From Patescibacteria group bacterium (GTDB taxonomy: Bacteria; Patescibacteriota; Minisyncoccia; Phycocordibacterales; DATDWN01): a DNA stretch of 64,000 nt. The stretch's first letter is position 1, and each line of letters begins with the position of its first letter. Positions 16,132-25,192 of the stretch are shown here, in pieces. A program made the translations under genes and the position numbers. The stretch spans positions 1,232 through 65,231 of the forward strand of contig JAZKAN010000002.1 of NCBI GenBank assembly GCA_040389125.1, written 5' to 3'. The notes beneath the pieces were generated by a model. That model made no database searches and was not told the DNA's origin. It worked only from the letters and a program-made list of their open reading frames with translations.

Positions 16132-16554
16132 CTAGGATTGTTTTCGTGAACCAAAACCAAATAAAAGAAACAGAATCCCCACAGCCAATATGTAGGGGTA
16201 CGATTTTGTCTCCCTCTGTGCTGGAAATGATGCTGGTTTATTGAAATATGGAAGGAATGGTAAGTATGTGATAGTAATGCTGCTTCCAGTAGACAAAGTA
16301 ACTCGGTTTACAACACCCGTTTGCGTACTTCCATTGGATAATGTGAATTCATAATATGTAACACCGCTGTTGCCACCACTAGTGGATGAAGTGACATGCC
16401 CCGAGGTTTCTTGTCCGTAGGTAGTATATGTGTACTGGAGAAGCATGAGCCAACCCGCAATTCCGGTGAGAATGAGTCCAAATAATATCGTCATCACACG
16501 AGCAACTTTATTCTGTCCCGACGATTGTGGTTTTTGATTGTTTATTATTTGCAT
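16132..16554 (-). CDS. Hypothetical membrane protein (two terminal TM helices, DUF3592-like layout)
   Basis: 140-aa ORF with N- and C-terminal hydrophobic helices flanking a Ser/Thr/Gly-rich beta region. Confidence 0.6.
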   Translation of the reverse strand: MQIINNQKPQSSGQNKVARVMTILFGLILTGIAGWLMLLQYTYTTYGQETSGHVTSSTSGGNSGVTYYEFTLSNGSTQTGVVNRVTLSTGSSITITYLPFLPYFNKPASFPAQRETKSYPYILAVGILFLLFGFGSRKQS

Positions 16555-16585
16555 ATATATAGTATAGCAAGTATGTGAAATAAAT

Positions 16586-16616
16586 AATAAAAAACCCGAC
16601 GAGATGTCGGGCCTTT
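16586..16616 (-). terminator. Intrinsic terminator after rplT (bidirectional shape)
   Basis: CCCGAC..GTCGGG hairpin flanked by an A-run and a T-run. Confidence 0.75.
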
Positions 16617-16618
16617 TA

Positions 16619-17005
16619 CTATTTTGCTACTGTTGTTTTGGTTTTTGGAGCCTCTGGTGCGAGGAGGGCCATGTCTACAATTTTTTTGAAAGTTGCTGTG
16701 TTTTCTGTGGCGAGTGTTGCGAGAATCTTGCGATCGAGGAGAACACCTTTTTTCTTGAGTGCCCCCATCATTTTACTATATGAAATACCCAGATCCTTGG
16801 ATGCGTATGAAATCTTTACATTCCAGTTTTTTCGAGCGTCACTTTTTTTGTCTTTTCGGTGAGCAAAAGAATATGTTCCAGCGTGGAAAATAGCCTCAGT
16901 TGCCTGTCGTTCCTTTGTAGATCGTCCGTTTCGGTAACCCTTTACCTTGCGGAGAACATTTTTTCTTGATTTCAGGGCGTTAACGCCTTTTTTTACTCGT
17001 GTCAT
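16619..17005 (-). CDS. rplT: 50S ribosomal protein L20
   Basis: MTRVKKGVNALKSRKNVLRKVKGYRNGRS is the canonical L20 N-terminus. Confidence 0.95.
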   Translation of the reverse strand: MTRVKKGVNALKSRKNVLRKVKGYRNGRSTKERQATEAIFHAGTYSFAHRKDKKSDARKNWNVKISYASKDLGISYSKMMGALKKKGVLLDRKILATLATENTATFKKIVDMALLAPEAPKTKTTVAK

Positions 17006-17051
17006 GTTGGTGTGTTACTTCTTTCTAAATTATTTGCTGTTATGTAATATG

Positions 17052-17237
17052 CTATTTAATATAAAACGCTTTGTCCTTGTTTGAAACTTGAAAGGGAACT
17101 GACTTTTTCTTTGCAAGCTGTGATCGTCGTTTTTCCTTTATATTGAAATGATTCTGTCCTGTCGCTCGTGAAAGAATCTTGCCGTTTTTGGTAAGTTTCA
17201 GACGTTTTGTAAATGATTTGTTTGTTTTTGTTGACAT
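17052..17237 (-). CDS. rpmI: 50S ribosomal protein L35
   Basis: 61 aa and basic, with KTNKSFTKRLKLTKNGKI. It lies between infC and rplT. Confidence 0.9.
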   Translation of the reverse strand: MSTKTNKSFTKRLKLTKNGKILSRATGQNHFNIKEKRRSQLAKKKSVPFQVSNKDKAFYIK

Positions 17238-17242
17238 GGTAT

Positions 17243-17752
17243 TTAGATTTTCTCAATAACAACGCTTAGACCCTTTGGTGATTTTTTTGCCTCATCAGCT
17301 ATCCTGAACTCCTCGGTAATGAGTTTGAGTACTCGATCCATTCTCTCCTTTAGGAACTTGAGATCCATGTACTTGGTTCTACCCGGGAGAAAGAGATCGA
17401 TTTTGATGCGATGACCCTCTTTGAGCCATTCAGAAGCTTTTTTGGCCTTGAGCTGGAGATCATTGTCTCCGGTGCCCACTTTTACCTGTATATTTTTGAC
17501 TTCTACTGTATGGGCCTTTGCTTTAGCCACCTTTTGCTTCTTGTTTTCAGCATACTGAAATTTACCATAATCCATGATTTTTGCAACTGGTGGCACAGCT
17601 TTTGGAGAAATTTCAATGAGGTCCATCCCGAGGTCACGAGCCTTGTCGAGCGCATCTTTAAATGAGAGTACTCCCAGGTTTTCTCCTTCTTCGAGAATTA
17701 CCCGTAGTTCCGGAGCTTGAATTTGATTGTTTATTCGGACGTATGTACTCAA
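17243..17752 (-). CDS. infC: Translation initiation factor IF-3
   Basis: RINNQIQAPELRVI and GMDLIEISPKAVPPVAKIMDYGKFQY. The start codon reads TTG, consistent with the atypical starts known for infC. Confidence 0.93.
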   Translation of the reverse strand: MSTYVRINNQIQAPELRVILEEGENLGVLSFKDALDKARDLGMDLIEISPKAVPPVAKIMDYGKFQYAENKKQKVAKAKAHTVEVKNIQVKVGTGDNDLQLKAKKASEWLKEGHRIKIDLFLPGRTKYMDLKFLKERMDRVLKLITEEFRIADEAKKSPKGLSVVIEKI

Positions 17753-17835
17753 ATGTGATAATTAGCTTGTAAAAAGTTTAAATGACTTCGCACCAATATA
17801 GCACTAATTTGCTGTATGTGCAAAGCCGTTTCAAT

Positions 17836-18471
17836 CTAATTTACTGTGAGGGTTGTAAAAATTGAATTTAGGATTTCCGCCTCTCTTTCTTTAGAAATCA
17901 CGCCGGGAACGAGAAGTGCCTGTCTGCCCTGATCCGCATCGATTGCTCCCGAGAAAATAGTAATGAATTCCTGTTTTGCGACAAGTGTTTTCTGATTCCC
18001 TACAGGGAAGTAGTATGTCGTCTGTCCGCAGCCTTCTGCACCTTCAAATATTTTGAAACCCTTGAGCTCGCCATATGTGACACTGTCAATAAAACCAGGG
18101 GATTCTACTACCTCACCATTTATATAGTTTTCCTCGGGAATGTATGGACTCTGTGAATGCATAGTGTCAATTAAGTTTTTGCTTACGACTTGCATCGCAA
18201 CATTAAAATCAGTTAGTGTTGGAACTGTGGTTGTTGCCTCGCCCTTGAAATCGCAGTAGTCATGATGCTCAAACGGGATAGAGTGATGGATGTCCACTAT
18301 ATTGCCTGTTGTGCCCACCTCCAAAATTTTTGGATAGGTAAATGAAACACCCACAGCGGAACTGGAGTATCGAGTAACAGTGGTATCAACTGGCACGTGG
18401 TGTGAACGAGAGTATACCAGACCACCAATCGCGATTATGAGTAGAATAATTATAAAAACAATTTTTTTCAT
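17836..18471 (-). CDS. Hypothetical exported or membrane-anchored protein
   Basis: 211-aa ORF with an N-terminal signal or anchor (MKKIVFIIILLIIAIGGLV). Confidence 0.6.
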   Translation of the reverse strand: MKKIVFIIILLIIAIGGLVYSRSHHVPVDTTVTRYSSSAVGVSFTYPKILEVGTTGNIVDIHHSIPFEHHDYCDFKGEATTTVPTLTDFNVAMQVVSKNLIDTMHSQSPYIPEENYINGEVVESPGFIDSVTYGELKGFKIFEGAEGCGQTTYYFPVGNQKTLVAKQEFITIFSGAIDADQGRQALLVPGVISKEREAEILNSIFTTLTVN

Positions 18472-18586
18472 ATATTTAGTATATCATAGTACAACCTGTA
18501 CTCTCGATGAATGAGTTTGTCTAATGGGGTAGAATAATAATGTATGGTATCATATTTTCATATTACTAGTTTTCAAAACTATATAC

Positions 18587-19165
18587 ATGAAATTAAAAAT
18601 CGCCGTAATTATAGTAATCATTTTAATTCTAGTGGGAGTAGGATCGGTCTATTGGAGCACACAGACATCTTCAAGATCAATTGAGAAAATAAATTTTATA
18701 CCATATCTGGCGCAAAAATATGAAACTCCGAGTTCAGCAAATGCGGGGGATCCGTGTGTGGCAGGCTCAACACAACGTGTATTTGATACTACAGAAAATG
18801 CTGATGCCTACGGAGACGTCACGGGTGATGGAATTGAGGAGGCAGTTATAGATTATCGCACGTGTAATAATGGAACCGGCGGAGGAGAATCAGAAGTGTA
18901 TACGTTGGATAAGGCAGGTAATCTTGTAAATATAACTCCGAATTCGACAAAACTTTCGATGTCGGATTATGAAAAAATACTTGAGGGGACTCGGGGTCAT
19001 GGATATTTTGATATCAAAGACTCAAAATTGATTCTTACATATCCACTGTATGTTGACGGGGATTCAAACGCAAGTCCATCGGGTGGAACGCGCACAATTA
19101 CTTTTGATTGGGATGGAAATACCTTTGTGTATGGTAAAGTCTCTGACGAAGTTCAATCAGAGTAG
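18587..19165 (+). CDS. Hypothetical membrane-anchored protein
   Basis: 192-aa ORF with an N-terminal anchor. DVTGDGIEEAVIDY resembles an FG-GAP/VCBS-type motif. Confidence 0.6.
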   Translation: MKLKIAVIIVIILILVGVGSVYWSTQTSSRSIEKINFIPYLAQKYETPSSANAGDPCVAGSTQRVFDTTENADAYGDVTGDGIEEAVIDYRTCNNGTGGGESEVYTLDKAGNLVNITPNSTKLSMSDYEKILEGTRGHGYFDIKDSKLILTYPLYVDGDSNASPSGGTRTITFDWDGNTFVYGKVSDEVQSE

Positions 19166-19206
19166 ACAGGTACAAAAAATCATACTGCTCGCATGATCTC
19201 GCAATC

Positions 19207-19236
19207 AAAAACACGCCTTGGGTAAGGCGTGTTTTT
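19207..19236 (+). terminator. Intrinsic terminator
   Basis: AAAAACACGCCTT, loop GGGT, AAGGCGTGTTTTT. Confidence 0.75.
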
Positions 19237-19664
19237 GTAATTGTGGACATAAGGGCTAATATATCGAAACGGCTAACTGACTACCTTTCTCGGTTTTGGC
19301 ATTACTACCAATCAAGCCCAACTTTGCAAAAAGCCCTTGAAAACAATAGCTATACAGTGATTGCATAGTCACAAGTTGGCATTAAAAAATAGCATTCGAC
19401 CGAAGGGAGAATGCTGACTCTCGACCTCAGGAGAGAGTCCAACCCTGAGCCCTGGGTGGGGTGCGGGGAGGGCGCGTAAAAAATCGCGCGCAATCCCGCA
19501 CCATCGGTTGGGTTTTGTGTATGTAGAAGAGATTAACCTCAATCAAGTATATGAGGAAATCAGGTTTTGACCTTTTCACACCGCACCATTGACACATTTT
19601 CATAAAAGTGCTAACATACTTTTTAGTAGTACATTCCAATTCCTCTTATGAAGGAGCTTTACAA

Positions 19665-20477
19665 ATGAAGAAGAAACAGGTTCTCACACGTCTGGACACC
19701 CACATCAAACGTGGAAACATCCAAGTTAAGGGCGAGATTGCTTTCGCTCAATTTTTTCACTGGTGGCTCGGAAAGCTCACCATTCCTGCTGATGAGAAGT
19801 ACGACTTCTATCAGATCGAACATTTCCTTCCCCAGCTTGCTGTGGATGCATGGGAAGCGATGCGGACTGGTACAGACGAAGTTGCTCTTCTCTATCGCCA
19901 AAGATACGAACAGAGCACTAGTCGGTTGCCTGTAAACCTGATGGAACTCGGCGAGAACATTCTCCAGCAAGCTTCAGGCATCACCGTTATCCGTTACGTC
20001 TTGTCAGCAGTTGTTGGCGAGCGATGGATTGAAGACAAGGTGGACGCCTATTGCCATGCTCAGAGCACCGCGCTCCAAGGCATGTTCGATAAGTTTCTCC
20101 GCCTCGTCTACGGCAGAGGTCTGTTCGAAGTCATCCAAGCTTCCAAATCCAGCGGGATGAACGGGAGATTTGGTTCTACCGATCTTCGAACCTGGGTCTC
20201 TGCGGGGCGCACGATGTTCACCTTTGCTCGACCCAAGAAGAAAGGGGACGAGGTGAGTGTCTCGTTCGTTGCAGGCGATGATGATGCACTGGCTCTTGAA
20301 GCTGGCATCCAGTCTGTCGAGGCAAATCTACCAACGGCGTTCAGCATGATTGAAGATGTCATCGCAAGATGGCCGAACACGCGAGAGAAGCAGGAAGCGA
20401 TCTTCAGGGATAGCACCGTCGCTCCTCTTGCAGTTCATGCAATGAGGGCTCGGGCGAAAGCTGAAGGGAAGAAGTAG
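19665..20477 (+). CDS. Hypothetical protein (GC-richer orphan cassette)
   Basis: 270 aa from ATG 19665, preceded by GAAGGAG. A possible promoter is TTGACA, 17-nt spacer, TAACAT at about 19589-19617. It has its own terminator. Confidence 0.6.
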   Translation: MKKKQVLTRLDTHIKRGNIQVKGEIAFAQFFHWWLGKLTIPADEKYDFYQIEHFLPQLAVDAWEAMRTGTDEVALLYRQRYEQSTSRLPVNLMELGENILQQASGITVIRYVLSAVVGERWIEDKVDAYCHAQSTALQGMFDKFLRLVYGRGLFEVIQASKSSGMNGRFGSTDLRTWVSAGRTMFTFARPKKKGDEVSVSFVAGDDDALALEAGIQSVEANLPTAFSMIEDVIARWPNTREKQEAIFRDSTVAPLAVHAMRARAKAEGKK

Positions 20478-20496
20478 GAAGGAATAACGTAAGTAC

Positions 20497-20533
20497 GGGG
20501 TCGTGTGGTATAAAAACCACGCGACCCTATTTC
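20497..20533 (+). terminator. Intrinsic terminator of the 19665 cassette
   Basis: GGGGTCGTGTGG pairs with CCACGCGACCC, followed by TATTTC. Confidence 0.6.
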
Positions 20534-20611
20534 TGTATTCGAACAATTTCCCTTAAGAAAAGGAGTTTCGCAGGGAAAGAAAATGGTGTAAATTTTTGAT
20601 ATAATTTTTTT

Positions 20612-21088
20612 ATGAAAGAAAAACTTATTAAACTCCTCAGAGAGCTTGAAAACAGAAGTGGCTTTGAAAATAAATATTTTGACTATGATCCAACCTACCA
20701 AAGCAATTATTCTATCGTTGAATATATTGATTTCCCAAATTATTTAACTGTTATCGAAAATTTCAATATCATGTATAAGGTAATTTCTGAAGCTGGTCTT
20801 ATTATTGTCCATCCATCTAATGCTATAAGGGCAGAATTAAAGAGGATGGAGTCGGAGGGGCTTATAATGATAGGAACTCAAAATGGTCTTAAATCAGGCA
20901 CAACAACAGATTCTCACGCTCCAGATTTTGATGAACCTATAAAATTTACTTGTGAAAGTATTATTCTTACAACCAAAGGAAAAAGTACATGGCAGTATCT
21001 TATCTATAAAGCAACGGAAGAAAATCCTCTTGCTACTGTACTATCTCTTGTAGCAATCATTGTTTCTGTATTTGCACTATTTTTCTAA
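20612..21088 (+). CDS. Hypothetical tail-anchored membrane protein
   Basis: 158-aa ORF with a C-terminal hydrophobic helix (LATVLSLVAIIVSVFALFF). The region is very AT-rich. Confidence 0.6.
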   Translation: MKEKLIKLLRELENRSGFENKYFDYDPTYQSNYSIVEYIDFPNYLTVIENFNIMYKVISEAGLIIVHPSNAIRAELKRMESEGLIMIGTQNGLKSGTTTDSHAPDFDEPIKFTCESIILTTKGKSTWQYLIYKATEENPLATVLSLVAIIVSVFALFF

Positions 21089-21282
21089 AATTATAGTTTA
21101 TTCACTTTTTTTGTAGGCAAAGATAAAGGTTGCTTAAAATGTGAGAATGAGGCAATTTTCCACAACAATTATACAAATAACACTTGACATTCTCGGTGGT
21201 TTTGCGAAAATATATTTACCTTCTCATGAAGGTCACCGGTTTTAACACATATTCGTATGAAAGTTTCTCTATAATAAAATAT

Positions 21283-21391
21283 AAAAAAGCTCTAATCACG
21301 GATATTTGTAAGGTCGAATAGATCTTGCAAATGCAAGGTTGAAATCAAGTAATTGCTTTCGACTTCAAATACCGGTGAGTAGAGCTTTTTT
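21283..21391. other. 109-nt branched hairpin flanked by A6 and T6 (bidirectional terminator-like, or a small RNA)
   Basis: AAAAAAGCTCTA pairs with TAGAGCTTTTTT. Inner stems are CACGG/CCGgTG and TATTTGtAAGGTCGAA/TTCGACTTCAAATA, plus two apical mini-hairpins. Confidence 0.5.
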
Positions 21392-21495
21392 ACTAAAAGT
21401 TTGGTAGTTTTCCCATCTTGAGCTCGTGATTTTAAAAAGATGTGCGGGAGAGCAAGTCGAAGTTCTTATCCAAAACTACTTGAGACTCATCATAT

Positions 21496-21648
21496 ATGAC
21501 TCATAAAAAGAGGGAGAATTTTTGCTCCATCTGCGGTCGGCGAAAGATCTTTAGATCTATAGTTTGTCCAAAGGGTGTGTGTAGGAATTCGTGGCACTAC
21601 GGACTGAGGTCGTGGCCACCATTTTGTCCCGTTCATCAGTTGTTTTAA
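21496..21648 (+). CDS. Possible 50-aa zinc-ribbon peptide (below the ORF-track cutoff)
   Basis: Translation is MTHKKRENFCSICGRRKIFRSIVCPKGVCRNSWHYGLRSWPPFCPVHQLF, with CxxC-x11-Cx4C. Two hairpins follow at about 21657-21685 and 21737-21757. No Shine-Dalgarno site. Confidence 0.3.
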   Translation: MTHKKRENFCSICGRRKIFRSIVCPKGVCRNSWHYGLRSWPPFCPVHQLF

Positions 21649-21940
21649 ACTAAAAAACAATCATCTTTATAAAATGATTGTTCTCTAGTTTGCTCTTGAG
21701 GGTGAATTCGTTCGAAAGTTTTTATCCTTACATTAAACACCTTGTACAGGGTGTTTTTTGTTTCATCTTTATTCTATCAAGTATATGTCTGAATCAACAA
21801 TGTGTACTTGTGGACAACAGGTTACTCGACTTCATCTTTTTTGTCAATTTGAGCCCGTTTTTGAGGCTTTTGCCCGAAAATTCCTCTAAAAATGGTATAA
21901 TTGATTTTATAAAATATAGACGAATTTACCATCTTAATTT

Positions 21941-23212
21941 ATGAGAGAAAAAATCAAAGAACAGTTAATAAAACTTTTTGAAAAACCTAACTGGAAAGAA
22001 GAAATAGATGAATTTTATTCATCTATGCGCGAAGAAGTTATTTGGGTGATGTCTGACTTCGTAAAGGAAAAGAAGTATATTTCTCAAGCTATGGAGATAG
22101 CTGAAATTTTTGTTAGTGACCCCAACCCTACGATTGAAGATAAAACTAATCAAGATTTATTGAAAGGGGAGGATGTGAGGTATATAACTTCTGTTAGAGG
22201 TAGTCTTTGTTGGCTTCTTAATTCTATTGGTGCAACTCTTGATACTACATATTATACAAGGATTATTGATCTTCTCGAAAAATTAGCCAAGGATCCTGTT
22301 ATTTATGTACGAATACAAGCGACCTACCCACTCGCTGGGTTAATGCAAAATGTAAAAGCAGAACGCAATAAAGATGGAACTCCATTTGAGTATACAAAAG
22401 CAGATAAAGATCGTGTTATTGCATTGGCATTCTACATGTTGGAGAAAAACAGGATGTACCCACCAATGATTGAAGTTTTAACAAATGTCTTTGATAAGAT
22501 GCGTTTTATATCTGAGGCAGAAGCAATGTTTGTACTCAAGGCTTTTATGTATACAGATGAAAAAAAGAAATTATTTCAAAAAGATAAGTTTATAGAAAAT
22601 GTAGCACCTCTTCTATTGTTCTTTGCAGAATTTTCTCCAGAATACACTCCAACTTTTAAAAACAGAGAATTTCAAGGATTATTAAGGGAGGTGATTGTTA
22701 CAGCCTCACCACGATTCAAATCAAATATAGTTTGGCATATCTGGAAGACAATAGAAACAAGTCCAGAAACATATCCTCGTTTCAAGGAGTATTTACCATT
22801 ATTTTTTGAAGGTGATTTTCAAGAGGAACCACTTGGTCAATATGAATTCTTGATAGAAAAAATAATGCTTCAATCTCCTGAAGATGCTATTAAACTGTTC
22901 GAAAGCGAGATTCAATACATAAAACGTGCTTTGCCACATATTAAATCCGAAGCAGGAGGTAGAATGTGGTTCTATAGCGTGGAAAACGTTATAGAAAAGG
23001 TTGCAGAATTAAAGCCTGAGATATTGCCCGAAATCCTTTTTGTTTTGAAAGAATTATACACAAAACGTTCTTATATAGGTGACGTTGTAAGAATTTATTC
23101 TGCATATAAAAAAGTTCCACAAGCTATCCAAGATGAATTAGATCTTCCTAAAAAGATAAATCTTTTGTATGAACAACTGCGACACAGATTCGATAATCTT
23201 CCTCCTTTATAG
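21941..23212 (+). CDS. Hypothetical all-alpha repeat protein (HEAT/ARM-like by eye), first gene of a 4-gene operon
   Basis: 423-aa ORF behind the extended -10 TGgTATAAT (21893-21901). The sequence is helix-rich and repetitive, with no catalytic motif recognised. Confidence 0.7.
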   Translation: MREKIKEQLIKLFEKPNWKEEIDEFYSSMREEVIWVMSDFVKEKKYISQAMEIAEIFVSDPNPTIEDKTNQDLLKGEDVRYITSVRGSLCWLLNSIGATLDTTYYTRIIDLLEKLAKDPVIYVRIQATYPLAGLMQNVKAERNKDGTPFEYTKADKDRVIALAFYMLEKNRMYPPMIEVLTNVFDKMRFISEAEAMFVLKAFMYTDEKKKLFQKDKFIENVAPLLLFFAEFSPEYTPTFKNREFQGLLREVIVTASPRFKSNIVWHIWKTIETSPETYPRFKEYLPLFFEGDFQEEPLGQYEFLIEKIMLQSPEDAIKLFESEIQYIKRALPHIKSEAGGRMWFYSVENVIEKVAELKPEILPEILFVLKELYTKRSYIGDVVRIYSAYKKVPQAIQDELDLPKKINLLYEQLRHRFDNLPPL

Positions 23213-23221
23213 TTAAAAACC

Positions 23222-23716
23222 ATGGCTTATTCGTTTCTTCAAGATCTAAAGGATATAAAGGAGCTCTACAGTTATGGGAGTAAACATTATAGTGCGTTGC
23301 CTAATCAGGCCTCGGAGGAACTAAAAAACAATCAAGCCTTACTTTCTATCGTAGTTGAAACTGTTAATCAAAAGAGTGCAACTTTTAATTTTTTGACCCG
23401 AAAGATGGTTCCTATAATGCTTTGTAGTGCGTGGGACTCATTTCAGAAAAATTTGTCACAAGATCCCCAAGAATCTCATAGACATATAACACATTTCATA
23501 GACCCATATTATAAATGGCACAATCAAGATATCCACGAAATATCTTTATTAAGGAATTGTATAGTTCATAATCATGGGGAAATAGATCAGAAATATTTAG
23601 ATAAAAGTACGATACTTAAATTCAAAATACTTGGGGAAGTCGTAGATTTTTCTGAACTTGAAATCAGTTTACAATTCAGAGTCTTTGAAGATGCTTACAA
23701 TAAAATAATGGGCTAA
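23222..23716 (+). CDS. Putative HEPN-like protein (RNxxxH motif)
   Basis: 164-aa ORF starting 9 nt after the upstream stop. LLRNCIVHNHG (R111..H116, nt 23552-23569) fits the HEPN Rx4-6H motif in form and in relative position. Confidence 0.55.
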   Translation: MAYSFLQDLKDIKELYSYGSKHYSALPNQASEELKNNQALLSIVVETVNQKSATFNFLTRKMVPIMLCSAWDSFQKNLSQDPQESHRHITHFIDPYYKWHNQDIHEISLLRNCIVHNHGEIDQKYLDKSTILKFKILGEVVDFSELEISLQFRVFEDAYNKIMG

Positions 23717-23742
23717 TTAAATATTTTTATGCAAACAACTTA

Positions 23743-24309
23743 ATGTATTTACTTAAATATATGACTCATTTATATCCATACAAAGCAAAAAGATATCTTC
23801 GAGAAGCACGAAGTAATTTAGACATTATGAAAAAAACTCAAAGCGTTGATGAATTAAAACGCGCCCATACTTCATTTTTAAATGCTTCAAGATTTTCAAC
23901 TCAACAACTTTTAACCGAGATGAGTCATCTTCACGGTTTCGATGAGTGGTGGGTACCCAAGGCAGAATTTATGGATTCAAATGATTTGTGTTCGTATTTT
24001 AAAAAGCAACGCAATAATGTTACTAAGGGAGGTGATGACGTTCTTGATGTTTATTATCATATCAGTAAACTTACTCTAAATGGTCCTGCACAGATTGGTA
24101 ATGAGGGAATTTTAGTTGGTAAAGTTGGCAAAAATGGCCCCGAATGGATTCCTTACGAGACGGACGCCTTTACCATAACTAGTTGGAATTTTAAAAATAA
24201 GCCCGAAGATTACTCCTTGGTTGGTGCGATCAAAATGTGTGAAGATTACCTAGATATACTCGAGTCCATTGTTGATGAATCAATTCAAAAGTTTGCATCA
24301 TTAAAATAG
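23743..24309 (+). CDS. Hypothetical protein, third gene of the operon
   Basis: 188-aa ORF, 26 nt after the upstream stop. No motif recognised. Confidence 0.65.
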   Translation: MYLLKYMTHLYPYKAKRYLREARSNLDIMKKTQSVDELKRAHTSFLNASRFSTQQLLTEMSHLHGFDEWWVPKAEFMDSNDLCSYFKKQRNNVTKGGDDVLDVYYHISKLTLNGPAQIGNEGILVGKVGKNGPEWIPYETDAFTITSWNFKNKPEDYSLVGAIKMCEDYLDILESIVDESIQKFASLK

Positions 24310-24320
24310 AAAAACGGAGT

Positions 24321-24716
24321 ATGAATCAAACCTCTACATCTTTTGGGTCAGATTTTTATAAAGACCTTGTCACTAGGTTTTTCCAAGCTATTGATGAGGG
24401 AACAAAGAAGGCATATCACATGCTATGGGATATTGGGTTTGTGATACTAAAACAACATTGGGTATCAATCCTTATTCTGCTCGCACTCGTACTGGTGGTC
24501 GCCATTGTAAGGGCTTTAACGGGTCGATGGGGGATGTTAGGTAGTGTTCTATATAACTATCTCTATTTCGGCACTCTATTCTTCATTGGCTGGATTTGGG
24601 GCGCCGAGATATATGCTAATGATTACTTCCAGATAGTACTAGCAGTCTTATATGTAGTCTGTTTTCTTCTTGTAGGTAAGATCCTACGTGATACAGGGTT
24701 ACGAAGAACATGGTAA
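24321..24716 (+). CDS. Hypothetical 3-TM membrane protein, fourth gene of the operon
   Basis: 131-aa ORF, 11 nt after the upstream stop, with three hydrophobic helices (VSILILLALVLVVAIV, YLYFGTLFFIGWIWG, IVLAVLYVVCFLLVG). Confidence 0.7.
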   Translation: MNQTSTSFGSDFYKDLVTRFFQAIDEGTKKAYHMLWDIGFVILKQHWVSILILLALVLVVAIVRALTGRWGMLGSVLYNYLYFGTLFFIGWIWGAEIYANDYFQIVLAVLYVVCFLLVGKILRDTGLRRTW

Positions 24717-24863
24717 ATAGACATTGTAAGACCAAGTAGCATGTGTTTACCTAGGCTAAGAAGCTATGTCTCTTTTTTTTCATTTTTATTTCTTTAAGAA
24801 ATCTATATTTCTAGGCTTTAGTTACACTACAAGTACACTAAAAAATAGTATAATGGTACACAA

Positions 24864-25091
24864 ATGAGTACACAAGAATATCAAGCTACCCCCGCCCAAA
24901 AAGAATTTCTCGTAGCACTGAAAAAATCAGGAATTATTGAACGTGCATGTAAAGAAGCTGGTATTTCAAGAACTACTTTCTACAGGTGGGATGATAGAGA
25001 AGATGATTTTAGTGCACTCGTCCTTGAAGCAATGTACGAAGCCAACCCTCGATATAAAGGAACAGCACGAGCTATTCTTCTTTATCTTTGA
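24864..25091 (+). CDS. Small helix-turn-helix DNA-binding protein (phage-type HTH)
   Basis: 75 aa. ACKEAGISRTTFYRWDDREDDF is a typical HTH followed by W..D..F, as in phage small-terminase or regulator HTH families. Confidence 0.6.
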   Translation: MSTQEYQATPAQKEFLVALKKSGIIERACKEAGISRTTFYRWDDREDDFSALVLEAMYEANPRYKGTARAILLYL

Positions 25092-25192
25092 TGAGAAACT
25101 CAAATATAGCAAAAAGGAAGGCTATCGAAACGATAATCTTCCTTGTGCTGTAAGGCTATTTGAGGAATTTGTTACCTCAAATACTCTAGATG

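Noticed and set aside
19177-19191. 15-nt exact repeat AAATCATACTGCTCG, also at 25271-25285 inside ssrA, considered as attL/attR of the island.
   Set aside because: By a rough count, a few exact 15-mers are expected by chance in a 64-kb AT-rich window counting both strands. No displaced ssrA 3' fragment lies beyond 19177 and no integrase is present. It is mentioned in the island finding only as a weak lead.
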